A program made the position numbers and the translations under genes. The notes beneath the pieces were generated by a model. That model was given only the letters and a program-made list of their open reading frames with translations. It did not search any database and was not told where the DNA came from. DNA of 64,000 bases from Eledone cirrhosa (lineage: Eukaryota): the NCBI GenBank assembly GCA_964016885.1, contig OZ024740.1, forward strand, positions 258,230,001 through 258,294,000, written 5' to 3'. Positions 26,535 through 42,400 of this stretch are shown piece by piece; within the stretch, counting starts at the first letter, position 1; the number at the start of each line of letters is the position of its first letter.

Positions 26535-26949
26535 ATAATGAGCAAAGTTGAAGTTGCAGCTACGATCAGCATTTCCCGAAATCAATCTTCAGAAGCTGTC
26601 ACGGAGCACTCAATGAGATGATATCGATAAATCCATAAATCATTAACATCACGTTAGGAGTGTGATACAGTGAAAATTGCGGCCGGATAAATGTTGCCAG
26701 AAAAGCCACCTCAACAACGAAAATACAAACAGGTTATATATATGTAATAGCAATGAGTATAATCGAAGTTGCAGCTGCAAGTAGCAAATTCGCATCCGAT
26801 TAAATTTTAAAGACAGTCACAAAGCACTCAATGATAAAGTAATTAAGAAATTTCTCCTCAGCGTGAACACAAGAAGTTAGATAATATTGACACAATGAAT
26901 AATGCAACCAGAGGCATGTTGGCACATTAATACTATAACAACAAAAAAT

Positions 26950-26955
<6 letters not shown>
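26535..26955. repeat. Two diverged ~210-bp tandem units
   Basis: gaagttgcagct...gtcac..agcactcaatga...acaac.aaaatacaa repeated. Confidence 0.65.
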
Positions 26956-26999
<44 letters not shown>

Positions 27000-27399
27000 A
27001 ATACACGTATATATGTAACTATATTCGTTCTCAGGTTGCCTATTTAGAGAGAAAAGAGGAGAGAAGTAGAGAGACGTAAATATAATGTATGAGAGAGAGG
27101 CTACAGGGAATCCCGCTGACCGGATATCCTTGCCCTCAAGGCTAAAATTAAAGTAGACAAGAACATACCTTCTTATCTGTTAATTCGCTATTTGAATTTT
27201 TACTATTTTATACAATTTCCTTCTTACTCTTATACTTAATCTCTTTTTCTTTTACTTTTTCTTCTTTCCCAACCTCCTAATTCTTTTACTTCTTCTTTAT
27301 TTGTATGCTTCTTTTTTTCTTTCTCCCCTTCATCTTCAAATGCGCGATTCTGTTCCTTCATATTTTTTCTCTTTATACAAATGTAATTTTATTGTTGAC

Positions 27400-27524
27400 T
27401 AGCTGACGCACCCGACATCGCCCGGGAGAAAAGTAAATAAAAGACAGATAAAAGAAAAACGACTGTATTGGATGTGTTGTCTAGTTTACAGTATGAGGTG
27501 AGATCGTAATATGCGTGTGTGTGT

Positions 27525-27612
<88 letters not shown>

Positions 27613-28622
27613 TAAAACTTCCTTATTGGGCCGGGGTAGTAAACTGCCGATTAAATAGTAGCATTGACCTTGGATTTCACATGTGAAATAACCATAGTTA
27701 GTATGATCTTTTTCAGCTACAAAGGACGTCACCTGAAACATTGCTTCTGAAGTGTTTAGCTTCTTTAGTGCGGCCTGTAAGCAGTATCTGCATAAAAGCT
27801 GGAAGGTCCTCTATCAGTGGAAGTCTGATATTTCCTAAGCAACACAGGCTAAGTGTAATATCCATGCTACCAATCGTGACTTTAGGATCATTTCTATAAT
27901 TCTTCGATGGATCATATGAAAACGAAGCTCTTAGCCAGTTTATTCTGCCTTGAAAAGTCCTGTGTGCTCGTTGAGTTTGCATCGGAACTATCATTGCCTC
28001 TTGGTGATTTTCCTCTGTTTCTTGCGATAGTCTTTCTTCTTGCCTTAATCATTTTGTTTCCTGTCTCAGGTTCTGTACACTTTTAGAAAGTTGCGATCGT
28101 CTTTCTTGTTGTCTAAACCTTTCCATTTCCCGTCTCATATTCTGCTGAATGTCACAATGTTGACTTGTCCCTTTTTTCCCAAATCTTTTTTTATACTATT
28201 CGTGAATTTCTCTTTCGCTTAAATATTTCACCCGTTTGGTGGACATTGCAATCCCCCACCCTCATACCCGATAGATGAGCGGTGATTTGGTGACATGATG
28301 AAATTAATTTTCTTGGAAAATATCGTGAAAAAAAAAATACAAAGCAATATAAAAAATAGAATTAAAGCAAATAGCAGCCTTAGAGCATACGTTGACACTC
28401 TGTCATCTGAATTAGGTCAATAATAACATGACACTATCCTCAAAAAGTTAAATTGATATATACCGTAGATTAATTTCAAACAGTATCAATTTTGTCTGTG
28501 TTCTGCAAAATCAAAGACTGGTGAAAACAACTTTATAAAAGCTAACGAAATATTGTTAAACATTCAACTGATACTTTGATCTATAGTTTAAGCCGATTCT
28601 AGAATTTTTTGGGACGTTACTG

Positions 28623-28686
<64 letters not shown>

Positions 28687-28705
28687 TCTCTCTTTCTCTC
28701 TCTGT

Positions 28706-28739
<34 letters not shown>

Positions 28740-29275
28740 CTATCTGCCTATCCTTCTGTGTCTCTCTCTATTTAGATGTGTGTGTATGTTCGTTAAGTCA
28801 GTCGTCACAGAAATCTATGTATACTCACACACACATACACTCTCATATACACACACACACATATACTTGTCAATCAACACATATGTATATGCATGTGTAG
28901 ATGTGCGTGCGTCTGTGTTTACTTCTCTGTGTATCTGATTAAATATTTATGTGAAGTTATGTGTGTATGTAACTTACTAAGGCCTAACGTACGTAACGAA
29001 CACGCAAACACACACACACATGGACACATACACACTCATATACAAAATGTGACGTCGTCGTTGTGATATAAAATATCCGTTGACTACATTCGATTATTTT
29101 AGAAAAATGTTATATGGTTTTGATCCAAATGAAAATAAAAATTGCATGTTGTTAATCCATGGTTCTAATATTTTTACCTTTTAAAATTTGATTTGATTTG
29201 GTCAAGCCGCTTGAGAATGCATAAGGAAAGGCATACAGACAGAGAGACAAAGTATTTCACATATATATAGATAGA
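27400..29275 (-). mobile_element. Helitron deletion derivative
   Basis: Minus strand 5' TC(TA), 3' hairpin cccgggcgatgtcggg followed by CTAG; RepHel N-terminal remnant FQVTSF...IQGQCYYLIGSLLP. Confidence 0.8.
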
Positions 29276-29500
29276 TCATGTGGGGTTAGTAATAGTGTGG
29301 CGCTTGTTGCTGTTAGTATTGGTGGCGCATTTAGTAAAATAGTATTTAAATAGCAGGGAGTTACATTGACACCCACACAAAAATCTTGCTTGCTCCGCTT
29401 ATCTCAAATGTTCTCAATATTATATATAATTATATATAATATTATATATATTATATATAATTATATATAATTATATATATATATTATATATAATTATATA

Positions 29501-29695
29501 TAGAAGTGCCAACACAACAGTTAGTTCAACATACCGAGAAACAATTGTTTCAGCTTAGCGAATCCTCAGCTGTGAAACAATTGTTCTCGGTATGGTGAAC
29601 TAACTGTTATGTTACCACTTCTACCTAACTCGTCTCATGGATGGCGTGATCTACCACTACGGATATTACCTTCCAGTGTTCTACCTCAATAAAAT
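29501..29695 (+). mobile_element. PLE-like terminal repeat with 5' inverted duplication (hairpin 29501-29623) and hammerhead 3' half
   Basis: ~55-bp inverted arms; GAA ACAATTGT T motif as at 23256; ends AATAAA plus (TA)n. Confidence 0.5.
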
Positions 29696-29877
29696 AATAT
29701 ATATATATATATGTATGTGTGTGTATGTGTGTGTATGTGTGTTAGTGTGGGGGTGTGTGTATGTATGTGTGTGTGTGCGTGTGCGCGCGCGCGTGTGTAT
29801 GTATATATATATATATATATACAGTTAATAAATGACAAAAAACAAAACGCAGGAAGCAAAATTACAGTCATATAAAG

Positions 29878-29915
<38 letters not shown>

Positions 29916-30619
29916 CGGCCTCCAGCCCTTAGCCCTGTCCGTACTGCGCACAGATCTATTCACAAGGCACCCACCTACTGTCATCTGTCGTAATGTCCAT
30001 TTTCCTTAGAATAAAATATGTTAAAGGGTATTTACATATTGCATAACACAGTTTTTAAAATTTATTTAGAATATCTTAATACAGAAAGTAATAAAGAAAA
30101 TAATAGAAACATCTTTTGTAAGAAACATGTATATTTACAGAACTTCAGTATATACAATGATATAGCGTCGATAGAATTATAGGTCTGGCTACACCAAGGG
30201 ATCATTTCAGAGATTTTGTTCATAGCATTCACTATGATGTTTTGCGGGGGCAATGATTTTCTTTCACACAGTCACTCCTTATTGGAATGGGGATTTAGAT
30301 ATTGAGGATTATTTAATTAATTAAGCTTACAATGCTTTTCACAACAGTTCAAAATGATGAAGGATCAACACATCCATCAGTATCAAGGGATTGCTTTGCT
30401 ATAAATTTATACGGCTGTGGGGTGCTTATCGGTAACTTCAAGTATCCCCCTTCCCTTCCCGCCTCTGTTATTTTCACTGAAAGAATCTCAAAGGCTGAGT
30501 TTTCCCCCTGCCCTCCCCCCATCCCATTTTCAAAAAAGAAGGCGATATATAATTAAGAAAGAAATTAATAGACATTTACGGAGCTTTAGTATATACAATA
30601 TTTTTAACCTTTGAGTATA

Positions 30620-31170
30620 TATATAGAGTTTGTGGGCTCATCAGAGTCTGGAATAACCTACATATTATTGACCATGTTAGAAACATCTCTCTTCTACATG
30701 GAGATCCACAACCTGCAGAATTTGACTTTGGGACTTGTTACTAGTCATGGTGTAACTGACTCTCATTGGGCATTGTAATTGTTTGAAACGGAAGCGGACA
30801 TCGGTTGCTATCAGCGGCATTCTATGAATAAATGCGAAGTCTTCCTTACAACATCCAGTGAAGATTTTGGATCCGATAATGTGCAGTCATAAAGATACGC
30901 GCCCATTGCACAATTTTGTCTCATCCGAATCTCAGAGAAGCAAGGTGACTGTGTCCTTCTTCAATTCAAGATCGTGTAGTAGCATACCGCATTGTTTTAT
31001 CTATGTCAATTAACAGACATACATCGATAGCTGTAGAGGACACTGTGTCGAGTTGTTTTTTACTATTTTGAAATTCATTCTCCATCAGGCCAATATCGTC
31101 TGCATATAGACAGCACCCCTATTTCAGCTTCAGTGTTAATGTTGAAAACAGGTTCAACGGGGAGAATTTT
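30620..31170 (-). pseudogene. Old CR1/L2-like reverse transcriptase fragment
   Basis: Minus strand CCLYADDIGL at ~31085-31115. Confidence 0.5.
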
Positions 31171-31260
31171 TCTACTTGATAGTATATCTGTTGGTACATT
31201 TAAGAAATTTGAAAAATATATCTTCCATTTGCAACTCTATTCGGTATCGTGCTACATTAG

Positions 31261-31790
31261 TCTTCTTCTTCTTCTTCTTCTTCTTCTTCTTCTTCTTCTT
31301 CTTCTTCTTCTTCTTCTTCTTCTTCTTCTTCTTCTTCTTCTTCTTCTTCTTCAACTTATTCCTGAAAGGGTCGTCGGAGCAGTCTTCAAACACTCCCTCC
31401 AGTCGCTCCTGGCAGAAGCAACCATCTCCAACTGATCTGGCTGTATCCCCAAGCGTGACCAGCCAAGCTCATGGATGTTATCCAAACATCTCGTTTGGGG
31501 TCTTCCCCTGGGTCTCCTGAGAGTTGGTTTAACACGTGAAATCTGCCTGGCGATTCTTTACTAAGGTATTCTAACTACATGCCCATCGTATCGGAGCTAT
31601 GATCTCTCAATTTGGAGAAGTAGCGGTTCTACCTGGAGTCACTCTCTGAATCCGAGTTACATACTTTCGAGTAACCCCATTTCGGCCACTCGTATTCGCG
31701 ATCGTATTCTTTCGGTCATTACCCAAGATTCCTGCCCATTGATAAGGGTTGGCACTAATGCCGCATTAAAGATAGCTTTTACACCCAAAT
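31261..31790 (-). mobile_element. RTE LINE 3' end with (GAA)n tail
   Basis: Homologous to 21220-21720. Confidence 0.85.
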
Positions 31791-31842
31791 AATTGGTGAG
31801 GGGTTGGTATAAGGGGTGGATAGGTGGAAAAGCGAGGATTTG

Positions 31843-33060
<1,218 letters not shown>

Positions 33061-33143
33061 CTAAGTATATTAAGAAACTGAATAGTATGCGTATATATAA
33101 CAACGCACATGGCATCACATTGATAGTTACCACAATTCCTATT

Positions 33144-33226
<83 letters not shown>

Positions 33227-33274
33227 TGTGTGTTAATATATATTAACATATATATATATATATGCATATATATG

Positions 33275-33314
<40 letters not shown>

Positions 33315-33600
33315 TATGTTTGTGTGTATGAACATATATACATGTTGGAGAGAACATAGGTAGGTGCAACCTTGAGGCAGTTAGAATTTGAACCCGCGGA
33401 AGTGTTTCTGATAGTTCAAAAGAAAGAAGATGGTGACAACGATAGAGTGATATTGATATACAGCAGCCAGCAGATGAAATAATGAAATTTGGAGATAAAG
33501 AATAGCATCACACAGACCCGTACTTACACGCACACACATAGACCGACACACGCATATATATGTATGTTTGTGAGTGTGTACGTGTACACAGAAGCATATA

Positions 33601-33657
<57 letters not shown>

Positions 33658-33659
33658 GA

Positions 33660-34195
33660 GAGCACCCACTGCTGCCCCTCATCACCTCCGCCTTCTTCAA
33701 ACCCAGCGACTCCCACTCCTACCTCGAATTCACCACCTCCCGCCCTACACACACCAAAGACTCCATTCCCTACTCCCAACTCTTCCGAATCCGCCGCCTC
33801 TGCAGGCGAGATGCTGACTTCGAGACTCAGGCCCTGTCTCTGGTCAGCCATTTCATCCGGAGAGGTTACATCCCCTCCCCTCTTCCACGCCGCTCTCACT
33901 CGCGCCTGCGCAGTCCACCGATCCACCACCCTCACTCCACGCCCCCGCGCCCACACCCACTGTCTCCCCTTCCCCCTCACCTACCACTTCTCCACTGCAC
34001 AATCCTCCACCTCTTCCGACACCTCCTGTTCGACCCCCTCCACATCCCCCATCTTCCAATCCACACCCCTCCATCACACACGCGCGCAACCTCCGCAGCC
34101 TCCTCATCCGCACCCCCCCCCGCTTCTCTTCCCTGCTCCAGACCCCTCTGCCAGACCTGCCCCCACATTACCAACACCACCACCTTCCAATGTTC
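33660..34195 (+). pseudogene. Penelope-like element RT C-terminus and linker
   Basis: FFKPSDSHSYLEFTTSRPTHTKDSIPYSQLFRIRRLC and PCSRPLCQTCPHI. Confidence 0.85.
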
Positions 34196-34314
34196 GAAAT
34201 GCTTTTGTGTATGCAAAAATATCTGTCAGTGATGCATGTGATTATGTAATCGCCGGCCTTTTTTTATATATTTTGTGTTTGTGTATGCAAAAATATCTGT
34301 ATACGAATATCTAT

Positions 34315-34490
34315 ATTAAAATACACATATTAAAATTCAAGCAAAGAATCGCTGCTTTCAACCTTAACGGGATCTTCTGAAACTAAAATAATTAATCTGT
34401 GAACGCAGATGTAAATATTTCGAAAAACGTTGCAACCGAAAGAAAACGGGAAGACAATACGTTGGTTCGTGAAGACGTTCCTTAGCATAA
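34315..34490 (-). mobile_element. Family X copy with hammerhead fold at 34334-34384
   Basis: Same CAGAAGA core; stem I retained through G-U pairs. Confidence 0.6.
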
Positions 34491-34609
34491 GAATATATAT
34501 ATATATACACACACTATATATACATATATATACACACATACTGATCGCGTCATAATGACGTAATGCAGACAGTGAGGCTTACGGACAGATATTATAAGGG
34601 TGTGACGTT

Positions 34610-34843
34610 ATATCTATGTATCTATCTAATAAGAGAAAGACTAACAATTATAAAGAGAGATCGCTAAATCGCCTAATGCAGTCCCTAGGGCATTGAAAAT
34701 TTGATATATATTTTGCTCAGAACACTCACGGGACCATAAGTATTACATGTGTAAAGATTGAAAAGACTCGGTTAGGTGGTTCTCGAGTTTTAGTGATTGG
34801 ACAGACAGACAGACATTCTCTGTTTTAGTAATATATATATAGA
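34610..34843 (-). mobile_element. Helitron-like 5' terminal fragment
   Basis: acagacagacagacattc...tatatatagat end resembles 29230-29275. Confidence 0.45.
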
Positions 34844-34848
34844 TTATG

Positions 34849-34891
<43 letters not shown>

Positions 34892-34944
34892 CGTGTATAC
34901 ATACATGTATATATATATATATAAGTAGATAGATAGATAGGTAG

Positions 34945-35065
34945 AAGGAGCAACGTGAAATAAAGTGTCTTGCTCAAGGACATAACGCATCGCCTGGTCT
35001 AGGAATCGAACTCACAACCTTACGATTGCGAATCCAATTCTCTAACCACTCAGCCACGCGCCTTC
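34945..35065 (-). mobile_element. CORE-type tRNA SINE 5' part
   Basis: ggcgcgtggctgagtggttag...gagttcgattcc...tgtccttgagcaagacactttatttcac. Confidence 0.8.
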
Positions 35066-35129
35066 ACTTCTACCTGGAGTTGCGACCGATAGATAGTACT
35101 AGCAATTGGAAAGACCAGCGGAAACATTG

Positions 35130-35505
35130 TTCCCTCGGTCCGATTTGACGAAAGTCGATCGTTCCTTTATATATAAGTACAAGGGATATTTAATTTGTTG
35201 GAAGTCCGACAAATATAAATGTTTATAACTGATTTAGAGCACTCAACAAGACTTGGTGTAAATATTCAATGATATTAAATAAATGGAAACTATATTTACA
35301 AAACCATATTTGTTTATTATATATAATTCAAGGGTACCAAGACAACATTGGTACGCTTTCATCAGATAAAATACAAACTTTATTTTATAAATAGAGACAT
35401 ACCCATGAAAATCATAACTTATCGGTTGGAAATTCAGTGGTTAGTGACTATCCAGTGAATTTCCAACCGATAAGGTATGATTTTCATGGGTATGTCTCGA
35501 TTTAT
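35130..35505 (-). mobile_element. PLE-like terminal repeat with hammerhead (35313-35370) and 5' inverted duplication (35386-35505)
   Basis: TTTAT-CTGATGA-aagcgtaccaa..ttggtaccctt-GAAT-tatata-TA-ATAAA; ~55-bp inverted arms. Confidence 0.6.
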
Positions 35506-35509
35506 AAGT

Positions 35510-35638
<129 letters not shown>

Positions 35639-36535
35639 GGCCGTGAGAGAGAAAAAACAAAGATGGAAAGAAAGAATGTTATTTCAGTGATATAGTCACA
35701 CACCCTGGTTACACCTGGTCTGGTCAATTGATTATAATATTGGACATTCATCTCCTTAGTTTTAATATTTGTGTGATTCTAAACTCTATTGATACTGTCA
35801 AAATATTTGTGTCACAGATGTTTGGCAGGAAACTTGATCTGCTATCCTATTTAAAAGCAGGTAACCTGACAAATAATGTTGCTATCATGTACGCCATTTT
35901 ATTCAGCTTATTCACTATTTTGCGAGTGAGTGGGACTCTGTTTTGTATAGCGTTATCTTTATTTTATCATACACCTACTCGACCTTTTCTATAAATGAAT
36001 CTGATACTGTATGAGCTGAAGCTAAAAATGTACAACTATACAAGCTTCACATCACCTAGAAACCTAGTTGGAAAAGCATTGAAGAAGAAAAACACTGTAA
36101 CAGTAACACCTAAATCTAGTAGCGCCCTTTTTAGCAGCAACTCGAGAGCACATCAGATACAACGATCCGCCGCACCCAAGAACGTAAACATATCATATAT
36201 GTACAGTAAATATAAATACTACGATGTGTTCTGTGTCTTTTAGTGTACACAATTCTATATAAATACTATAATTTTTTTAATATTTTTTTCTTCAACACCA
36301 AGTAACATACCAACTTTCATGCAAGCAATGTAATATCTAAAGACTATGCGCATACATCACATCTGTAGCATTCACAGTAAAGACAGAAGGTACAACAAAC
36401 ATCAGACTAACGATACATAAATATATGTAGATTAAAAACAAATACCACATTAGAACAACATAAATAAACAAAATCAATGTTGTACAAACATCCTTAGATC
36501 AATGATAGGTGCCACCAGCTGAAAGAAAAATTAAT

Positions 36536-36640
36536 TGTTTCTACTTTTGGCACAAGGCCAGCAATTAACCAGTACATTACTGGTACTTTATTTTATCGAC
36601 CCTGGAAGGATGAAAGGAAAAGTTAACCTCGGCGGGATTT
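36536..36640 (-). mobile_element. 5'-truncated Meta SINE with TSD tgaaagaaa(a/c)attaat
   Basis: Meta domain; flanking direct repeat. Confidence 0.88.
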
Positions 36641-37435
36641 GAAAGAAACATTAATGATAGAAAAACAATACACTAGGTTATCAACCTGACAAAGCAGGTA
36701 ATATTATCACTGAAATTATAGCAGAACGTTTTGCCAATGTTCTTGAAACAAGAAATGTAGGTACGCAATTAAACAAGGTGTGTAAACTCTCTTCATTAAA
36801 ATGATAAATTGTCATATTTCCATCTATTTGATTATGAGACACGGACAGTGTAATATTTATATTTAGACATTTAGAAACATCTCATATGGGTAAAACACAA
36901 AAAGTTTGGCTATTACTAATGATGTGTAAGTATTGCCAGATAACTGAATGCCATTTTTAATTACATAACTATATTTCGGACTGCAATAAATCTATTATGA
37001 TTGAGATATCGCTGGAAATGTCTGCATGCCTTCTATAATTTTATTTATCTTCCAAATCACAAACGTTTACAATAAGATATTTTACTTTTCCTTGAGACAA
37101 AGACGTCTTCATCTTTTCCATCCATTAATAGGACACGCGTTCTATAATGGACCAATCAATTTAAAACAGTTCATATTTTCGTCTTTAAACACCTGGGAAC
37201 ACAGCAGGTCTGTAATTCAAAAGAAGGAGGATATAATGATAAAGATGAGATGGAAGGCATATTTCTTTGAGTATGGAATACGGATAACACCAATATAAAT
37301 GTTCGCATTCGAATGGTAAAATCCCACATACCCCACGTGAACAAAAGACTGTGGTAGAGATTAGTATTTATTTTTTAAAGGCCAGGTCTGAGTCCTGTTA
37401 CTCTGAAGTCTCGCCAGTATCCATTACATTCAAGC

Positions 37436-37564
<129 letters not shown>

Positions 37565-37695
37565 GTAATTCCAAAGGAAAAGCAAAGTAAAAAAGAGTGC
37601 TCTATGTATAGAACAGAGCTATTTAATTAGAAAGTGAACAACACAATATATAACTACTCCATTACCAAAAGTTTCTGGATCACAGAAGATAACAT

Positions 37696-37765
37696 CTCTA
37701 TCTGATGACCGATCCAGACGTATATATTATTATCGTCTTTGATCCAGAAACCTTTGGTAATGGAG
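37696..37765 (+). ncRNA. Type I hammerhead ribozyme, canonical core
   Basis: CTCTAT-CTGATGA-(gatc.agacg/cgtct..gatc)-GAA-ACC ttt GGT-A-ATGGAG; preceded by an inverted copy at 37652-37692. Confidence 0.75.
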
Positions 37766-37798
37766 TAGTGGAGTAGTTACATTTTATGCTGTTCATTT

Positions 37799-37830
<32 letters not shown>

Positions 37831-38530
37831 CAAATGAAAGTGTTAAACTAATCAAGGAGAGATAAGAGATTAGTTGTGAGAATTATAAGCCAGTAGTGAA
37901 GAGGACAATGAGCTCAATGCGTATTAAGTGCAAGACAAGTGAACAGTGAAAGTAAACAAGAGAATCATACGTCAAGCAAAAAATGTATAGGCAGAGCGTT
38001 AACATAAAAATTATTGTCAGAGAATACACAACCAAATTCTTGAAAAAAGATTTATTGGTTTACAATTGTTTGAGAAGCGGGACTATAATTCGGTCCGTGA
38101 AAATAAATCTATCAATTTTAGAATCGATAGTACAGATGATATCAAAACCGAACTATGATTTGACCTCATATTCAGAATCAAAAAGAAAATAAACATAAAA
38201 TTCATGGGGTGGCTACAAAAACCATCAAACACATACCATACCCCTTATCAATCGAAGGATTAAAACGATAGTGATATATATTTTTGAAATTTATGTTCAA
38301 CAGATTGACAGTGGTATACAACCCAGAAACATGTTGATGTTTCCTCAAAGCCAGTGTTGAACAAACAGGTGATGATCGGTCACCGGCGCGGCACAGCTTC
38401 AAATCCGGCCGTTTGTCTACAAACGAATCAAACATCATTATTAATGTTCGATATAACCCATACGTACATAGGTATATGTATATATGTGTGTGTATGTAAA
38501 TATATGTATGTGTGTGTGTTTATATATATG

Positions 38531-38563
<33 letters not shown>

Positions 38564-38607
38564 ACGTGTGCATACTTACATTTATGCATTGTGCTAGGGC
38601 GAGAAAT

Positions 38608-38652
<45 letters not shown>

Positions 38653-39449
38653 ATATATATACACACACGCACAACACACATACGCACATGTTCCATCAAC
38701 ATTTATATGAACGCACTGATGAACATATATGTTTGCCTAGGCTTCTATTGTGTATGATGTATATTTACATTTGCATTAATTGGGTAGGTGTTGCGTTTGT
38801 TCAACCATGCAACATTAAGTTTTATATATTATACACGGTTGTGTACGCCATCCCACTTTTCAAGCTTTATTATGACCATGAAATTAAACATTTTAATAAC
38901 TACATTTGAAAACTCTTATTTATTTATTTATTTATTTATGATTTCACTTCCCTATTCATAAAAAGAATACTAAACTTATAACATGCCTTCGGAGAAACAA
39001 AGAACCTTTGGTTTTGAGTAAAGCTTTTAACTATTCTTCGCGTTAAGTTCATCACCTGTCAATGTTTGATTGAAACCTGGTGACTTCTGTCTTATGGGGA
39101 AATCATGTCATTTCGTGCATTTCCTTACCAAAAGATTTTGCCTCGTCTAACTTTCCTAGTATATAATATATTTATATTTACCATGTTTTAAGAAAAGACA
39201 CATCCATATTGCTTTGTGTAAGAATCATTTTAGTTATTCACTAAAAAAACACCGTTAACAACTTTTAATTTTTTGGGCGTATTAATTTTTTGGAACCCTG
39301 TCACTTACATAAATAAGAGTAACCTTTACATATCCATATTGATACGTTTCTGTCACTGGAAGTAGCCAACAGCAAAAGCCATGCTTTCCTTCTTGTGAAA
39401 TTATGCCGTGACAGATGTATGACGCCTAGAAATCTTCAGATGCTAGGAC

Positions 39450-42400
39450 TTTCTAAGAACGCCCCACTTTATTTTTTTTGTTAGAATTCTACAGGATAAA
39501 TTCCAGAAATCTCTAGCCTGGAAGTTCTGTCGAATGATGGGGCCATTTTTACAACATTGCAGACGGCATCACTGATAGCAGCAACAGCAGCAATAGCAGT
39601 AACCGTGGTTTGTCCCCTGCAGCAAAGGTGAACTTTCAAACTTTGCCAGTGTCTACCAATGTGAAAGCTGCCATCCCAACCACTTGAATGTCGACAAGCA
39701 CGTCCAACAACTCTTACACAAACACCACCACCACCACCACCACAGGAACAACAACAATAACCAAAAAAATAATTATCTCGTGCTAAGGAAATAGATTTTA
39801 CACCATTACCAACGACATTTATCAATGTGAATGCCGCTTTCCCCATCACCACAATGTCGCCAATCACGTCGAACTCCACTGACACCACCACCAACAGAGC
39901 AACAACTGACACAAAAAATAATAACATGAATAACAATAACAACAGCAACGCCAGCGCAAAACCAAATGTCTCTTTTGCCAGAACAGAAAACAAGAAAAGA
40001 ACGGTCGAGGTAACTGAGCAACAAATGAATGAGGCCAGTCGAATGGTAAAAAGAAATGGATACAGGGTCAGCCTCCTTCAAACAGCATGAGACACCGGCG
40101 GATATGTACGGCATCATACAGTAAAATTAGCACGAAAACACACTGGGTGAAGCGGGCATCCGAATCACAGATCAAAAAAACATTCGGACATGTGTGGGAT
40201 CAAAAACTCACATCGTTCGTGGAAAAAGATGTGGGATCATGAACGTTTTCTTTGCAACCCCACAGGAAGCCAGAGAGCATTCCATGGCTCCATTAAAGAG
40301 CAAGGAACTCACACTGGTCCCAAGGTACTGCTGACAAAGGCTAGTGAGAGTAACAGTGACTCAGGTTTCGTCGGCCATAGACATTTCCTGGCTTATGACT
40401 GCCGTCCTCGCGGACATCGAGGACGACACAAAAGTCATCGAAGTAATGAAGATAAAACAGGAAAACTGACCCGCATCAGGAATAGCGCCCCTGATCCAAG
40501 CGGACCACAAAACATCCAAGAGATTCTGGAGGCTATAGACCTCGATGACAGCAGCCACATCACCATGATCGTCAAGGGTAGAAGGCCAAGGTGTGTCGTT
40601 TATGGCAATAGAACCCTATGGAGGACATCCCACTCCCCGACCTCTTACATCTGGGGACAGATTGTGACGAAGAGGAGGGGTGGAAAACTGTAAAAGAATA
40701 CAGAAAAGGAAGAACTCACGTCCTTCGCCCCCCCCCCCCCCCCGAATGAAGGCGAAACAAATAAACAAGAAAATAAAAAAGTCAATTCATCGACGCCACC
40801 ACCACCACCACTACCCTCACCTGCATTACCAGCCCCATTACAAACACCAACACCATCACCATATCCATCCCAACACCACCAACACTACAAAAATCACCAA
40901 CAAAATGCCAAACAGAAAGAAACCCACATTTGCAACAGCAACAACAAACACAACAAAACTACTAAACTGAAAGGCCCCACACGGCATTAAACACGAACTG
41001 TAAACAGCTACTGCACTACATCCAATAAAACAGCAGCATCACAAACAAAACTAACAACACCCCAACATTTCACACCACCCACACATATACAAACAATACG
41101 TATCTCACCAAAAACATACACAAGTCTCTAAAGAAAAATTCCCCAATGACATTGGAGAATTCCGAGAAACACTCTCTAGAAGGATATACAAAGTTAACCT
41201 GGCTGAGAGGGCCGCAACCAGTCAGAAAGACAGAGGAACCGTCCTTCCTCCACAATAACTGAAGTAAGGGGTCTTTCCCACCTTTTCCGACTCCTTTTCA
41301 ACATGACCGTACTCAAAATAGGCAGCGTAAATGCACGTGGCCTGGGGTCGTCATGGAAGCAAGGTCACCTGTTCAACGACCTCAGGTCAATGAACATAGA
41401 TGTGGTGGCCATCAACGAGACTAGAATTTTCGAGGCACACGCCTTCGTACCCATCTTCGGTGGTTACAATGTGTACGCATCTCCAAGCCGGTCGGAATTG
41501 GGAGGCGGAGTTGCTGTATTGTTTCGGTGGTGCTGGACGTGACAAACAGCGAAGGCTATGCTTTCAGGCTAGTGGATATTTATGCTAGAGACAGGATAGC
41601 CTGGCAGAGGCAGGATGGCCTGGCAGAGGCAGGGTGACCTGATTTCTTCGGGCGATTGGAGACGTTCCTAGAAACGTCCCGCTCTTTATTCTTAGTGGGT
41701 GATTGGAACGGCATCTTCGATGCACGATGGGACTTGTGTGATTAGTAGATAGGGGAGGAGGGTGTAAAAGCATCGCAAACTTGCTCAGACGTTTAACACA
41801 ATCTGAGAGGTACCGACTGGATTTCCTGAATGTTCCAATGTGGAAATGGACAAACCGCATCGGGTTATCCAGATCGTATCTAGATAGGATATTTTGTAAG
41901 GTAGTAGACAGTACACAATTCAAAATTCAGTAGATTGTCCACAATTCGAGGTAGTTGACTACACGGTCCCACAAATTCGTTATCCGTGTGGTCGACTTAG
42001 ATAGCCTTCATAGACAGAGACCCGGCTAGTGGAAGCTAAACGTATCGCTCACGGTGGACAAAGCCTAAAGAGACCGGATTAGCGAATTAGTTAAGCGGTC
42101 GTTGAAGGGGGCAGTCGTCAATAACAAATGGTAGTTCGCCTTGATAAGGGCGATTAGGATAGAGTCCATTGGGTTTAGTAAGGCGTTAGACGAGGCGCTT
42201 AGTAAAGGCATCGCAATCGACGTGCTTGCGGTGAGATTGGCCCTCAACCAATTTTTCAACGCAAAGCATGAAGGCTGCGTTGTCAGAGGTAGGGCGTATG
42301 CTCACAGACACGGAGGACGAAAGCCGTTCGAGGTGCCCGAGTAGCGGAGGCGCCTCGTGGAAACAAAGCGACGATCCGGTCTTTGGAGGACCCCGACGCG

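Noticed and set aside
33489-34380. 247-aa and 268-aa Pro/His-rich ORFs
   Set aside because: Microsatellite fused to a frameshifted Penelope fragment.
35690-37430. Apparently unique AT-rich sequence as host exons
   Set aside because: Only short ORFs without recognisable domains; small exons cannot be excluded without RNA-seq.
37830-38460. Possible further PLE RT remnant
   Set aside because: No motif could be read with confidence.
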